64,000 bases of DNA from a virus: positions 1-64,000 of IMG/VR virus record IMGVR_UViG_3300029309_000006; one strand, 5' to 3'. A model generated the notes under the pieces. The model had not been told where the DNA came from and made no database searches. It saw only the letters and a list, made by a program, of their open reading frames with translations. The translations under genes were made by a program, and so were the position numbers. This document shows, piece by piece, positions 44,300 to 53,590 of the stretch. Each line of letters starts with the position of its first letter. The first letter of the stretch is position 1.

Positions 44300-45142
44300 A
44301 TGTTGTTTAAAAAAACAAGAGAAGAAAGGATAGCTAAAAGACAAAACAGAAGAACTTCAAGAATTGATAAAAGAGAAAAATTAAGAGAAACTAGATTTAA
44401 AGCAAGAGATCATAATAAAGAAAAAGAGTACAAAGAAAAAAGAGGTACTGATGTAGGTAACTTTGTTAGAAGATTAGATAAAGTTTTTTTACAATCTAAT
44501 CCTAGTAGTTCTGATCACAAACAAAACCTTGTAGATACAGCTGTAGATTCAGATTATATTGCAAGGCAGCAGGCGCTTACAGATAATTTCAATCAACAAT
44601 TAGAAGAATTAAAAAGCTATAAAGTTCCAAAAGTTTTTCAAGATATAGACCACACAACAGTAAAATTATCAGATCCAACTTCTAAAACACCAGCATCAAA
44701 ATTAAAAAACCCAATAAAAAAATATAGTAAAATGGCAGAATCAGCAAAACAAGAAAAAAAGAACTTAATGAAAGACATGCCTGTCGACGAAAGAGCAGGT
44801 ATGACTATGAAAAAAGGTATGTTTCAAATGAAAAAAGGACCTTTTCAAATGAAACCAGGAACTTCAAAAAGAGGTCCCTTAGATAAACAACTAAAAGGTA
44901 ATCAACACAAATTACCAGATCATTTAAAGAAAGCAATAGAAGCTGCTCCTGAAATGAAAGATCCAATGAAAATGAAAGAGCCTATGAAAATGAAAGATCC
45001 GATGAAGATGAAGGATCCGATGAAGATGAAAGATCCTATGAAGATGAAAGATCCAATGCAAATGCAAAATCCTCCTTTAAAAGCTTATGGCAAAAAACCT
45101 TTAAAAATGAAGGAGCCAATGAAAATGAAATATAAACAGTAG
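44300..45142 (+). CDS. Basic Met/Lys-rich protein with MKDPMK repeats
   Basis: Probable start at 44300, with a possible second start at 44732. Confidence 0.55.
   Translation: MLFKKTREERIAKRQNRRTSRIDKREKLRETRFKARDHNKEKEYKEKRGTDVGNFVRRLDKVFLQSNPSSSDHKQNLVDTAVDSDYIARQQALTDNFNQQLEELKSYKVPKVFQDIDHTTVKLSDPTSKTPASKLKNPIKKYSKMAESAKQEKKNLMKDMPVDERAGMTMKKGMFQMKKGPFQMKPGTSKRGPLDKQLKGNQHKLPDHLKKAIEAAPEMKDPMKMKEPMKMKDPMKMKDPMKMKDPMKMKDPMQMQNPPLKAYGKKPLKMKEPMKMKYKQ
44954..45061 (+). repeat. 18-bp tandem repeat x6 (ATGAARGAKCCDATGMAR) encoding MKDPMK
   Basis: Six consecutive units with mostly third-position variation. Confidence 0.92.
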
Positions 45143-45209
45143 AGTCTGTAAAAAACTCACCCATAAATACATTAACAACAATCATTAACAAAAATCAAAA
45201 ATCAAAGTT

Positions 45210-45497
45210 ATGGCAAAATTTATCGAAGTTCATTCATCTGGCTCAGGCCTTAATGGTGGGAACGTATTAATCGGAGTAGACAACATCGTAGGTGTTGACG
45301 CAGCTCTAGGAACATCAACAATTATTAAATTTAACGGAGGTGTAATTGATGAGTGTACAATTACTCACACAAGCACAGGTACAACTCCGTCTGTAAGAGA
45401 TGCTATTAATTATGCATTAACAGCTAATCCAGGAGGAGTAAAAGCAAAAGTACAGCTTCCTACAGGAATTACAGTTTCAGACGTTGTTTGGTCGTAA
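45210..45497 (+). CDS. Small structural-type protein
   Basis: MAKFI...ALTANPGG; biased codon use. Confidence 0.55.
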   Translation: MAKFIEVHSSGSGLNGGNVLIGVDNIVGVDAALGTSTIIKFNGGVIDECTITHTSTGTTPSVRDAINYALTANPGGVKAKVQLPTGITVSDVVWS

Positions 45498-45655
45498 TGA
45501 AATCTAGAGGCTTAGGAGACAGTATTGAAAAAGTAACCAAAGCAACTGGTATTAAAAAGTTGGTTGACACAGTATCACAGGGTTTAAATATACCCTGTGG
45601 CTGTGAAGGCCGAAAAACTTTTTTAAATAAAATGTTTCCTTATAAACAAAATTAA
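45497..45655 (+). CDS. Small LGD...CGC protein (52 aa, not in ORF track)
   Basis: MKSRGLGDSIEK...PCGCEGRKTFLN. Confidence 0.65.
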   Translation: MKSRGLGDSIEKVTKATGIKKLVDTVSQGLNIPCGCEGRKTFLNKMFPYKQN

Positions 45656-45969
45656 TGGCTTTTAAAATAAAACAACCTTTCCCTATAGACAACACTCCAG
45701 TTTATAATGTTCCATTAGAAGACGGTGTAGTTGGTAAAGCTGATAAAAATGGAGCTATTTTAGTTGATAAAGATGTTAATAGCCCTATTGAACGTAAAGA
45801 AGTTATCAAACATGAAATGGTACACATAGATCAAATGAAAAGAGGTGATCTTAGTTATGACGATAAAAATGTGTATTGGAAAGGTAAAGTTTACTCAAGA
45901 TCTAAAATGAATGAAGGAGCTAAAAGTCTTCCTTGGGAAAAAGAAGCTTGGAGTGTATATAAAAAATAA
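45655..45969 (+). CDS. Small Zn metallopeptidase-like protein
   Basis: HEMVH (HExxH) and PWEKEA. Confidence 0.65.
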   Translation: MAFKIKQPFPIDNTPVYNVPLEDGVVGKADKNGAILVDKDVNSPIERKEVIKHEMVHIDQMKRGDLSYDDKNVYWKGKVYSRSKMNEGAKSLPWEKEAWSVYKK

Positions 45970-45974
45970 ACAAT

Positions 45975-46427
45975 ATGTCAAAACCTAAAAAAAAATTTAA
46001 AGAAACGAAGGTTGGAAAATTCCTTCTAGGTAAATCCGGTATTATAAATGTAATAGGAGATATATTGCCTGACAAAGGTGCACTAGGTATGGTTAAAAAC
46101 TTAATAGACAAAGATCAAGACCTACCACCTCAGGACAAAGAAACAGCTCTTAAATTATTAGAGCAAGATATAATAGAAATGCAAGAAATATCAAAACGTT
46201 GGGACAGCGATATGAAATCAGATAGTTGGCTAAGTAAAAATACAAGGCCTATGACTTTAATATTCCTAACAGTATCTCTTGTTGTTTTTATATTACTAGA
46301 TGGGTTTGATATTTCATTTGGAATTGATTCTGGATGGATAGACCTTTTAAAATCCCTTTTGATAACCGTTTATGTTGCCTATTTTGGTTCTCGAGGGGCT
46401 GAAAAATTTAAATCAATAGGCAAATAA
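45975..46427 (+). CDS. Holin (3TM-like)
   Basis: RWDSD..SDSWLSKNTRP, TM segments, AYFGSRG. Confidence 0.75.
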   Translation: MSKPKKKFKETKVGKFLLGKSGIINVIGDILPDKGALGMVKNLIDKDQDLPPQDKETALKLLEQDIIEMQEISKRWDSDMKSDSWLSKNTRPMTLIFLTVSLVVFILLDGFDISFGIDSGWIDLLKSLLITVYVAYFGSRGAEKFKSIGK

Positions 46428-46442
46428 TTAAATTAAATTAAA

Positions 46443-46700
46443 ATGAGTGAACCAAACAAAATCAAAGAAGACCAATTAAAAAAGATTCAAGACTTTCAAA
46501 AAGAGTTAAATCAACTTTTAAATGAAACAGGTATCTTAGAAGTCCAAAAAACCGCAGTATTAGCGAAATTTCATGAGGTTAATAAATCTACTGAAGAGTT
46601 TAAAAAAGAACTTGAAGAAGAGTATGGATCAGTAAATATTAATTTAACTGATGGTACATATACACCAATTGAAAAAGAAGAGGATAAAAAAGAAGAATAA
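46443..46700 (+). CDS. Small coiled-coil protein
   Basis: Homologous to 2713..2961. Confidence 0.6.
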   Translation: MSEPNKIKEDQLKKIQDFQKELNQLLNETGILEVQKTAVLAKFHEVNKSTEEFKKELEEEYGSVNINLTDGTYTPIEKEEDKKEE

Positions 46701-46927
46701 TGTCGTCAGTTATCAGAAAAATCAGTATCGGTTCTGATTACAAAACCGATGCAATGCATTATTCTGTTGGTCAGTCTGTTTATGGTGGTCATGTAATATC
46801 CCATATAATATCTGAACAAAAAGACAATTCTTATAACATTTTTATCAAAAAAAACAATGAGGTATTGCCGTGGAAGAAATTTAATTCTAACATGGCAATA
46901 TCCGTTGAATATGATTTAGAATATTAA
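46700..46927 (+). CDS. Hypothetical protein
   Basis: IRKISIG.DYK..AMHY; tight operon packing. Confidence 0.65.
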   Translation: MSSVIRKISIGSDYKTDAMHYSVGQSVYGGHVISHIISEQKDNSYNIFIKKNNEVLPWKKFNSNMAISVEYDLEY

Positions 46928-47532
46928 TGAACAGCTTGTTTGATTTTATTGTTGAGCCTTATGGTCAGCGATATAATAATAAAATTAAGTTAGGTGACAA
47001 AAGCTTAATAATTAACACAAAGCTAGAAAGTTTTAAATCTGTTAATAATATAGCAAAAGTAGTTGCTATACCTTTAGCTTATAAAACAGTTGTAAAACAA
47101 GGTGATTTAATTATGATTCATCATAATGTTTTTAGAAGGTTTTATGATATTAGAGGTGACGAAAAAAATAGTAGATCATTTTTTAAAGATAACTTATATT
47201 TTGTTCAGCCAGATCAAATATATTTATATAAAAATAATAAAAAATGGAAAGCTTTTGGTAATAGGTGTTTTATTGCACCCTTAAAAAACAAAGATGAAAT
47301 AAACGCTTCTTTGGAACAAAGGCTTGTTGGTATACTAAAATACGGTAATAATGCGTTAGAAGCGCTAGGAATAACCGAGGGAGACGTTGTAGGTTATACT
47401 CCATACGGAGAATATGATTTTATTGTTGATAACAAGCGTCTTTACTGTATGAAATCTAATGATATTGTAATTAAATATGAACGTCAAGGAAACGAAGAAG
47501 AATATAATCCAAGCTGGGCAAAAAGCAGTTGA
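46927..47532 (+). CDS. Tandem GroES-like protein
   Basis: Two repeats of the pattern FI.P...G/AKV...(K/E)GD.V, resembling the Cpn10 fold. Confidence 0.5.
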   Translation: MNSLFDFIVEPYGQRYNNKIKLGDKSLIINTKLESFKSVNNIAKVVAIPLAYKTVVKQGDLIMIHHNVFRRFYDIRGDEKNSRSFFKDNLYFVQPDQIYLYKNNKKWKAFGNRCFIAPLKNKDEINASLEQRLVGILKYGNNALEALGITEGDVVGYTPYGEYDFIVDNKRLYCMKSNDIVIKYERQGNEEEYNPSWAKSS

Positions 47533-47749
47533 TGAGTTAATTAAGGTTGCAAAAGAACCTATAGTGGATTCAGAAGATGATATATCTGCTGACAGACTAA
47601 AAAATGCAGCTGCTACTAAAAAACTAGCTATATTTGATGCTTTTGAAATATTGACACGTATTGAAGAAGAAAAAAATATTTTAGAAAACAAACCTACAGA
47701 AAAAAAAGAAAACACTTTTAGTGGATTTGCTGAAAGAAGATCTAAGTAA
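47477..47749 (+). CDS. Terminase small subunit (putative)
   Basis: Helical protein directly upstream of terL. Confidence 0.45.
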   Translation: MNVKETKKNIIQAGQKAVDELIKVAKEPIVDSEDDISADRLKNAAATKKLAIFDAFEILTRIEEEKNILENKPTEKKENTFSGFAERRSK

Positions 47750-49971
47750 TGTATAAACAAACATTATATAAAATAGTAGAACCTATTAAAGACCATTTAA
47801 TAAAAAGTTTTAATAAAAACAAAAAATGGGAATATGGATATAATAAAGATTATGATATTATAGTTATATCTAAAACTGGTAAAATAGGTGAAATATACGA
47901 AATACAAAACCTACGAATAGCTTTACCTTTACAAGAAAAAGTATACAAAAGATCTAATAAAAAGCTAGAACAATACTGGGAAGTATTTAAACATAGGCCA
48001 GAGTTAAAAAAAATAAAAACTATATTTGACTGGAAAGCATATCCCGACACATTTAAAAAAGATTTACACGGTTACATAGATGAAGAATTTAGAAGAAGGG
48101 AAGAAGGCTTTTGGTTTTACAACAAAGGTGTTCCTACATATATTACTGGTACTCACTACATGTATTTGCAGTGGTCAAAGATTGATGTTGGGCAAGCAGA
48201 ATTTAGGGAAGCAAACAGATTATTCTTTATATTCTGGGAAGCTTGCAAAGCAGACGCACGATCATACGGGATGTGTTATCTTAAGAATAGACGTTCAGGA
48301 TTCTCTTTTATGGCGTCAGGCGAAACTGTTAACATGGCCACAATATCAAGCGATGCTAGATTCGGTGTCTTATCAAAGTCAGGGGCTGATGCTAAAAAAA
48401 TGTTTACAGACAAGATCGTACCAATATCGGTCAACTACCCGTTCTTCTTTAAACCAATACAAGACGGGATGGATAGGCCGAAAACAGAACTTGCTTATAG
48501 AGTACCGGCGTCGAGATTCACTCGTAAAAAAATGGATAACAACGAGAAGCTTGAGGAAATTATCGGACTCGACACAACGATCGATTGGAAAAACACAGGA
48601 GACAATTCGTATGACGGGGAAAAACTCGCGCTATTGGTTCATGATGAAGCGGGTAAATGGGAAAAGCCAGAAAATATACTCAACAACTGGAGGGTCACAA
48701 AAACAACGTTAAGATTAGGTAGTAGAATTATCGGTAAATGCATGATGGGATCTACCTCTAATGCTTTAGATAAAGGAGGTAGAAACTATAAAAAAATATA
48801 TTATGACTCAGATGTTACCAAAAGAAACCGCAATGGACAGACTAGCTCAGGATTATATTCTTTGTTCATACCTATGGAATGGAACTACGAAGGATACATT
48901 GATGCTTATGGACACCCTGTCTTTGAAACTCCAGAACAAGGAGTTAAAGGAATCGATGGTCAAAAGATTGAAATCGGTGTCATTGAGCACTGGGATAATG
49001 AAGTAGAAGGCCTTAAGAACGATCCAGACGCACTTAATGAATTATATAGACAGTTTCCACGTACTGAAAAACACGCGTTCAGAGATGAAACTAAAAAATC
49101 TTTGTTTAATTTAACTAAAATTTACGAACAAATTGATTATAACGAAGATTTAAAAAGACAAGGTGTAATAACTCAAGGTAATTTTCAATGGGAAGATGGG
49201 ATTAAAGATACAAGCGTTAGATTTTTTCCTAATAAAAACGGAAGGTTTTTAATTTCATGGGTACCTGATGTACATCAACAAAATAGATATATTGTAAAAA
49301 ATGGAAAAAAATACCCGGCTAATGAGCATATGGGTGCGTTTGGTTGTGATAGTTACGATATATCAGGAACGGTAGACGGTAGAGGATCTAAAGGTTCTCT
49401 TCATGGTTTAACAAAATTTACTATGGATAATTGTCCACCTAATTTATTTTTTTTAGAATATGTTGCTAGGCCTCAAACTGCTGAAACTTTTTTTGAAGAT
49501 GTTTTAATGGCTTTGTATTTTTATGGCATGCCATTATTAGCAGAAAATAATAAACCTAGATTATTATATTATTTAAAAAGAAGAGGTTATAGAGGTTACT
49601 CTATGAATAGGCCAGATAAAACATTATATAAATTATCTGTTGCTGAAAAAGAAATAGGTGGAATACCTAATTCAAGCGAAGATATAAAACAAGCGCACGC
49701 TGCAGCTATTGAATCTTATATTGAAAGTTTTGTAGGTTACAACAACGAACAATATGGAACAATGTATTTTCAAAGAACATTAGAAGATTGGGCTGCTTTC
49801 GATATAAACAATAGAACAAAACATGATGCTTCAATAAGTTCAGGTTTAGCTATTATGGCTTGTAATAAAAATAAATACAGACCAGTTGCTGAAATTATAA
49901 AAGAAAAAGTAAATTTAAATTTTTCTAAATATGATAACAGAGGTTATAAATCAAAAATAATTAATAAATGA
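47749..49971 (+). CDS. terL: Terminase large subunit (unit B)
   Basis: KNRRSGFS, LLVHDEAGKW, MGSTSN, GCDSYD, LAENN, HDASIS. Confidence 0.85.
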   Translation: MYKQTLYKIVEPIKDHLIKSFNKNKKWEYGYNKDYDIIVISKTGKIGEIYEIQNLRIALPLQEKVYKRSNKKLEQYWEVFKHRPELKKIKTIFDWKAYPDTFKKDLHGYIDEEFRRREEGFWFYNKGVPTYITGTHYMYLQWSKIDVGQAEFREANRLFFIFWEACKADARSYGMCYLKNRRSGFSFMASGETVNMATISSDARFGVLSKSGADAKKMFTDKIVPISVNYPFFFKPIQDGMDRPKTELAYRVPASRFTRKKMDNNEKLEEIIGLDTTIDWKNTGDNSYDGEKLALLVHDEAGKWEKPENILNNWRVTKTTLRLGSRIIGKCMMGSTSNALDKGGRNYKKIYYDSDVTKRNRNGQTSSGLYSLFIPMEWNYEGYIDAYGHPVFETPEQGVKGIDGQKIEIGVIEHWDNEVEGLKNDPDALNELYRQFPRTEKHAFRDETKKSLFNLTKIYEQIDYNEDLKRQGVITQGNFQWEDGIKDTSVRFFPNKNGRFLISWVPDVHQQNRYIVKNGKKYPANEHMGAFGCDSYDISGTVDGRGSKGSLHGLTKFTMDNCPPNLFFLEYVARPQTAETFFEDVLMALYFYGMPLLAENNKPRLLYYLKRRGYRGYSMNRPDKTLYKLSVAEKEIGGIPNSSEDIKQAHAAAIESYIESFVGYNNEQYGTMYFQRTLEDWAAFDINNRTKHDASISSGLAIMACNKNKYRPVAEIIKEKVNLNFSKYDNRGYKSKIINK
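48080..48712 (+). CDS. Candidate overlapping gene in the +1 frame of terL (210 aa, signal-peptide-like N-terminus)
   Basis: Stop-free for 210 codons; terL codons shift locally to CTT/CTC/ATC/GTC. Confidence 0.5.
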   Translation: MKNLEEGKKAFGFTTKVFLHILLVLTTCICSGQRLMLGKQNLGKQTDYSLYSGKLAKQTHDHTGCVILRIDVQDSLLWRQAKLLTWPQYQAMLDSVSYQSQGLMLKKCLQTRSYQYRSTTRSSLNQYKTGWIGRKQNLLIEYRRRDSLVKKWITTRSLRKLSDSTQRSIGKTQETIRMTGKNSRYWFMMKRVNGKSQKIYSTTGGSQKQR

Positions 49972-52349
49972 TTGAAACAAGTACTTATAGTTCGTTTCCA
50001 AGTCAGGTGGTACCTCTCGCGGAAAAGCTTAGTTTAGAGTATGGGCTTAAAGTTGGACAAGCCATTGAATATGAATGGTTTAGAGGCGGTAAAGTTAATA
50101 TGGGTAAATGGCAAACTGGCTATCAAAACTTTAATAGACTAAGACTATATGCTAGAGGAGAACAATCTGTACAAAAATATAAAGATGAATTATCAATAAA
50201 TGGTGATTTATCTTATTTAAATTTAGACTGGAAACCTGTACCTATTATACCAAAATTTGTTGACATAGTAGTAAACGGTATATCTTCAAAAGATTATGAA
50301 ATAAAAGCTTTTGCTCAAGATCCTTTTTCTACTAAACAAAGAACTAATTATGCAAACTCTTTGATGAGAGATATGATGAGTAAACCTTTGTTAGATAACA
50401 TACAACAAAATTTAGGAGTAAATATATATAGCTCTCTAGATCCAGATAATTTACCACAAAGTAAAGAAGAGCTTGAAGTACATATGCAGCTTAATTATAA
50501 ACAGTCTATAGAAATAGCTGAAGAAGAAGTAATTAACAATGTTTTAGATTTTAATAAGTATAATTTAACTAACAAGAGAGTTGTTGAAGATATAGTTACT
50601 ATAGGTATTGGAGCAGTAAAAACAAGTTTTAATAAATCAGAAGGAGTTGTAATTGATTATGTAAACCCAGCAAATTTAGTTTGGTCTTATACAAATGATC
50701 CTAATTTTCAAGATATATATTATGTAGGTGAAATAAAATCTATAACAATAGCTGAGCTTAAAAAAGAGTTTCCTAATCTTACTAACGAAGAACTTAAAAT
50801 GATACAAAAATATCCTGGTAGAGAAGGATATTTAAGAGGGCCTTATAATAAAGACTTAGTTCAAGTTTTGTATTTTGAATATAAAACATATATAGATCAA
50901 GTATTTAAAATAAAACAAACAGAACAAGGTTTAGAAAAAGCATTAGAAAAGCCTGACTTTTTTAATCCCCCACCTAGCGATAATTTCGACAGAGTATCAA
51001 GATCTATAGAAGTTTTATTTAGTGGTGCTAAAGTTTTAGGAGTACAACAAATGTTAAGATGGGAAATGTGTAAAAACATGACTAGACCTAAAAGTGATTT
51101 AACAAAGGTTAACATGAATTACAACATGGTAGCTCCTCATATGTATCAAGGTAGAATTGATTCACTTGTAAACCGTATAACTGGTTTTGCTGACATGATA
51201 CAATTAACTTCATTAAAATTACAACAAGTAATTGCTAGGATGGTGCCAGATGGTGTTTTTGTAGATGTAGATGGTTTAGCTGAAGTTGATTTAGGTAATG
51301 GAACTAACTACAACCCGCAAGAAGCATTAAACATGTATTTTCAAACGGGTAGTATAGTTGGTAGATCTTTAACTCAAGATGGTGATCCTAATAGAGGTAA
51401 AGTTCCTATTCAAGAACTACAAACTTCTAGTGCTAACGGTAAAATAGGTTCTTTAATAAATACTTATCAGTATTATTTACAAATGATTAGAGATGTAACC
51501 GGGTTAAATGAAGCAAGAGATGGTAGTTTACCAGATAAAAATGCTTTAGTTGGTTTACAAAAAATGGCTGCAAACGCGTCAAACACGGCAACTAAACATA
51601 TACTAAACGGAGCTTTATATTTAACACTAAGAACTTGTGAAAATATTTCATTAAGAATATCTGATATGTTAGACTTTGCTTTAACAAATGATTCACTAAA
51701 AGCTAGTATAGGTAAATTTAATGTAGCTACTCTTAATGAAATGGATGATTTACATTTGTATGATTTTGGTGTTTTTTTAGAATTAGAACCTGAAGAAGAA
51801 GAAAAAGCAATGCTTGAGCAAAATATTCAAATGGCTCTTCAGCAAAATCAAATATTTCTTGAAGACGCTATTGACATTAGAGAAATTAAAAACTTACAAT
51901 TAGCAAATCAAGTATTAAAATATAAACGAGTTAAAAAACAAAAAGCAGATCAAGAAGCACAAATGGCCAATATACAGGCTCAAACAGAATCTAATAGTAG
52001 ATCTGCGGAAAATGCAGCTATGGCTGATGTGCAAAAAGCTCAGGCATTATCTGAAACAGAAGTTCAAATAGAAAAAGCTAAATCAGATTTTGAAATACAA
52101 AGAATGCAAACAGAAGCTCAAATACAAAAAGAAATAATGGCTAAAAAATTTGAGTATGATATGAAGCTTAAAGATGCAGAATTAAAATCTCAAACAACAA
52201 AAGAAAAACAAATAGAAGATCGTAAAGACGAAAGAACTAGAATACAAGCTAGTCAACAGTCTCAATTAATAAATCAAAGACAAAATGATTTACTACCAAC
52301 TGATTTTGAAATGCAATCAGTTAATAAAGAAATAGAAGAAATTTCTTAA
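49968..52349 (+). CDS. Portal protein (unit B)
   Basis: Follows terL; PVPIIPKFVDIVVNG, TGLNEARDG; C-terminal Q-rich coiled coil (barrel). Confidence 0.8.
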   Translation: MIETSTYSSFPSQVVPLAEKLSLEYGLKVGQAIEYEWFRGGKVNMGKWQTGYQNFNRLRLYARGEQSVQKYKDELSINGDLSYLNLDWKPVPIIPKFVDIVVNGISSKDYEIKAFAQDPFSTKQRTNYANSLMRDMMSKPLLDNIQQNLGVNIYSSLDPDNLPQSKEELEVHMQLNYKQSIEIAEEEVINNVLDFNKYNLTNKRVVEDIVTIGIGAVKTSFNKSEGVVIDYVNPANLVWSYTNDPNFQDIYYVGEIKSITIAELKKEFPNLTNEELKMIQKYPGREGYLRGPYNKDLVQVLYFEYKTYIDQVFKIKQTEQGLEKALEKPDFFNPPPSDNFDRVSRSIEVLFSGAKVLGVQQMLRWEMCKNMTRPKSDLTKVNMNYNMVAPHMYQGRIDSLVNRITGFADMIQLTSLKLQQVIARMVPDGVFVDVDGLAEVDLGNGTNYNPQEALNMYFQTGSIVGRSLTQDGDPNRGKVPIQELQTSSANGKIGSLINTYQYYLQMIRDVTGLNEARDGSLPDKNALVGLQKMAANASNTATKHILNGALYLTLRTCENISLRISDMLDFALTNDSLKASIGKFNVATLNEMDDLHLYDFGVFLELEPEEEEKAMLEQNIQMALQQNQIFLEDAIDIREIKNLQLANQVLKYKRVKKQKADQEAQMANIQAQTESNSRSAENAAMADVQKAQALSETEVQIEKAKSDFEIQRMQTEAQIQKEIMAKKFEYDMKLKDAELKSQTTKEKQIEDRKDERTRIQASQQSQLINQRQNDLLPTDFEMQSVNKEIEEIS

Positions 52350-52374
52350 TTATTAATTTTTATTATATTATATT

Positions 52375-53574
52375 ATGTCAGAAATACAAGAAAAAGCTGG
52401 AAAGCTTAAGGTTAAAAAACCTAAAAAACTAGTTAAAACAGATGAGCCTATAAAAGTAGATTTATCTAAAAAAGTTGAAACAACAGAAGAATTAAAAGAA
52501 CAAACAGATGCCGTTCAAACACAAAAGACAGATGATAGCGATGCTATTGTCAAGAAGCCCGAAGACAGTAGCGACAGCAAAGAAGTGGCTGAAGAAGTAC
52601 GGCCCGCCGAAGAAGAAGTAAAACCTATTATTGAAGAAATAGTTGAAGAAAAAGAAAAAGAAGAAGAAATAATAGAAATAGGCGAAAAAATGGAAACACA
52701 AGATAAACCAGAAGCGGTTATATCTCAAGATGTTCCAAAAGAAAATATAACTACGTTGCCAGAAAACATTGTTAAAGTTGTAGACTTTATGAATGAAACT
52801 GGAGGCACATTAGAAGATTATGTAAGATTAAATCATGATTATTCTAACGTAGACAATGATACTTTATTAAGAGAGTATTATAAACAAACGAAATCACATT
52901 TAAATCAAGAAGAAATTAATTTCTTAATAGAAGATAATTTTGGATGGGATGAAGATGTAGATGAACCGCGAGCAGTGCGTAAAGCAAAGCTTGCGTATAA
53001 AGAAGAAGTTGCAAAAGCTAAACAGCATTTAGAAGGTTTAAAGAGTAAGTATTATCAGGAAATCAAGTTGAAGCCCGGTGTTACTCAAGAACAACAAAAA
53101 GCTGTAGACTTTTTCAACCGCTACAACGAAGAACAACAAGTAGCTAAACAACAACATAAAACATTTATAGACAACACTAAAAGTTATTTTGGTCCCGAGT
53201 TCAAAGGTTTTGATTTTTCGGTTGGAGAAAAAAAGTTTAGATATGGAATTAAAAATGTAAACGATGTTGCTGATAGTCAGTCAAATATTTCTAACACCAT
53301 TAAGAAGTTCTTAGATAACGAAGGAAATGTTAAAGACGTTAAAGGTTATCATAAAGCTATGTATGCCGCTAATAATGCTGACACAATAGCGCAACACTTT
53401 TATGAGCAAGGTAAAGCTGATGCTGTAAAAGATATTGCTGCTAAATCTAAAAACGTTAGTACAGATTCAAGAGCAACTGCTCCAGAAGATGTATTTGTTG
53501 GAGGTTTAAAAGTCAGAGCTGTAAGTGGTATGGATTCTTCAAAATTAAAAATCAAAACACGTAAATTTAACTAA
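52375..53574 (+). CDS. Scaffolding protein (putative)
   Basis: Very acidic N-half; HFYEQGKADA; upstream of the MCP. Confidence 0.6.
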   Translation: MSEIQEKAGKLKVKKPKKLVKTDEPIKVDLSKKVETTEELKEQTDAVQTQKTDDSDAIVKKPEDSSDSKEVAEEVRPAEEEVKPIIEEIVEEKEKEEEIIEIGEKMETQDKPEAVISQDVPKENITTLPENIVKVVDFMNETGGTLEDYVRLNHDYSNVDNDTLLREYYKQTKSHLNQEEINFLIEDNFGWDEDVDEPRAVRKAKLAYKEEVAKAKQHLEGLKSKYYQEIKLKPGVTQEQQKAVDFFNRYNEEQQVAKQQHKTFIDNTKSYFGPEFKGFDFSVGEKKFRYGIKNVNDVADSQSNISNTIKKFLDNEGNVKDVKGYHKAMYAANNADTIAQHFYEQGKADAVKDIAAKSKNVSTDSRATAPEDVFVGGLKVRAVSGMDSSKLKIKTRKFN

Positions 53575-53590
53575 AAATTTTTAAATTATT

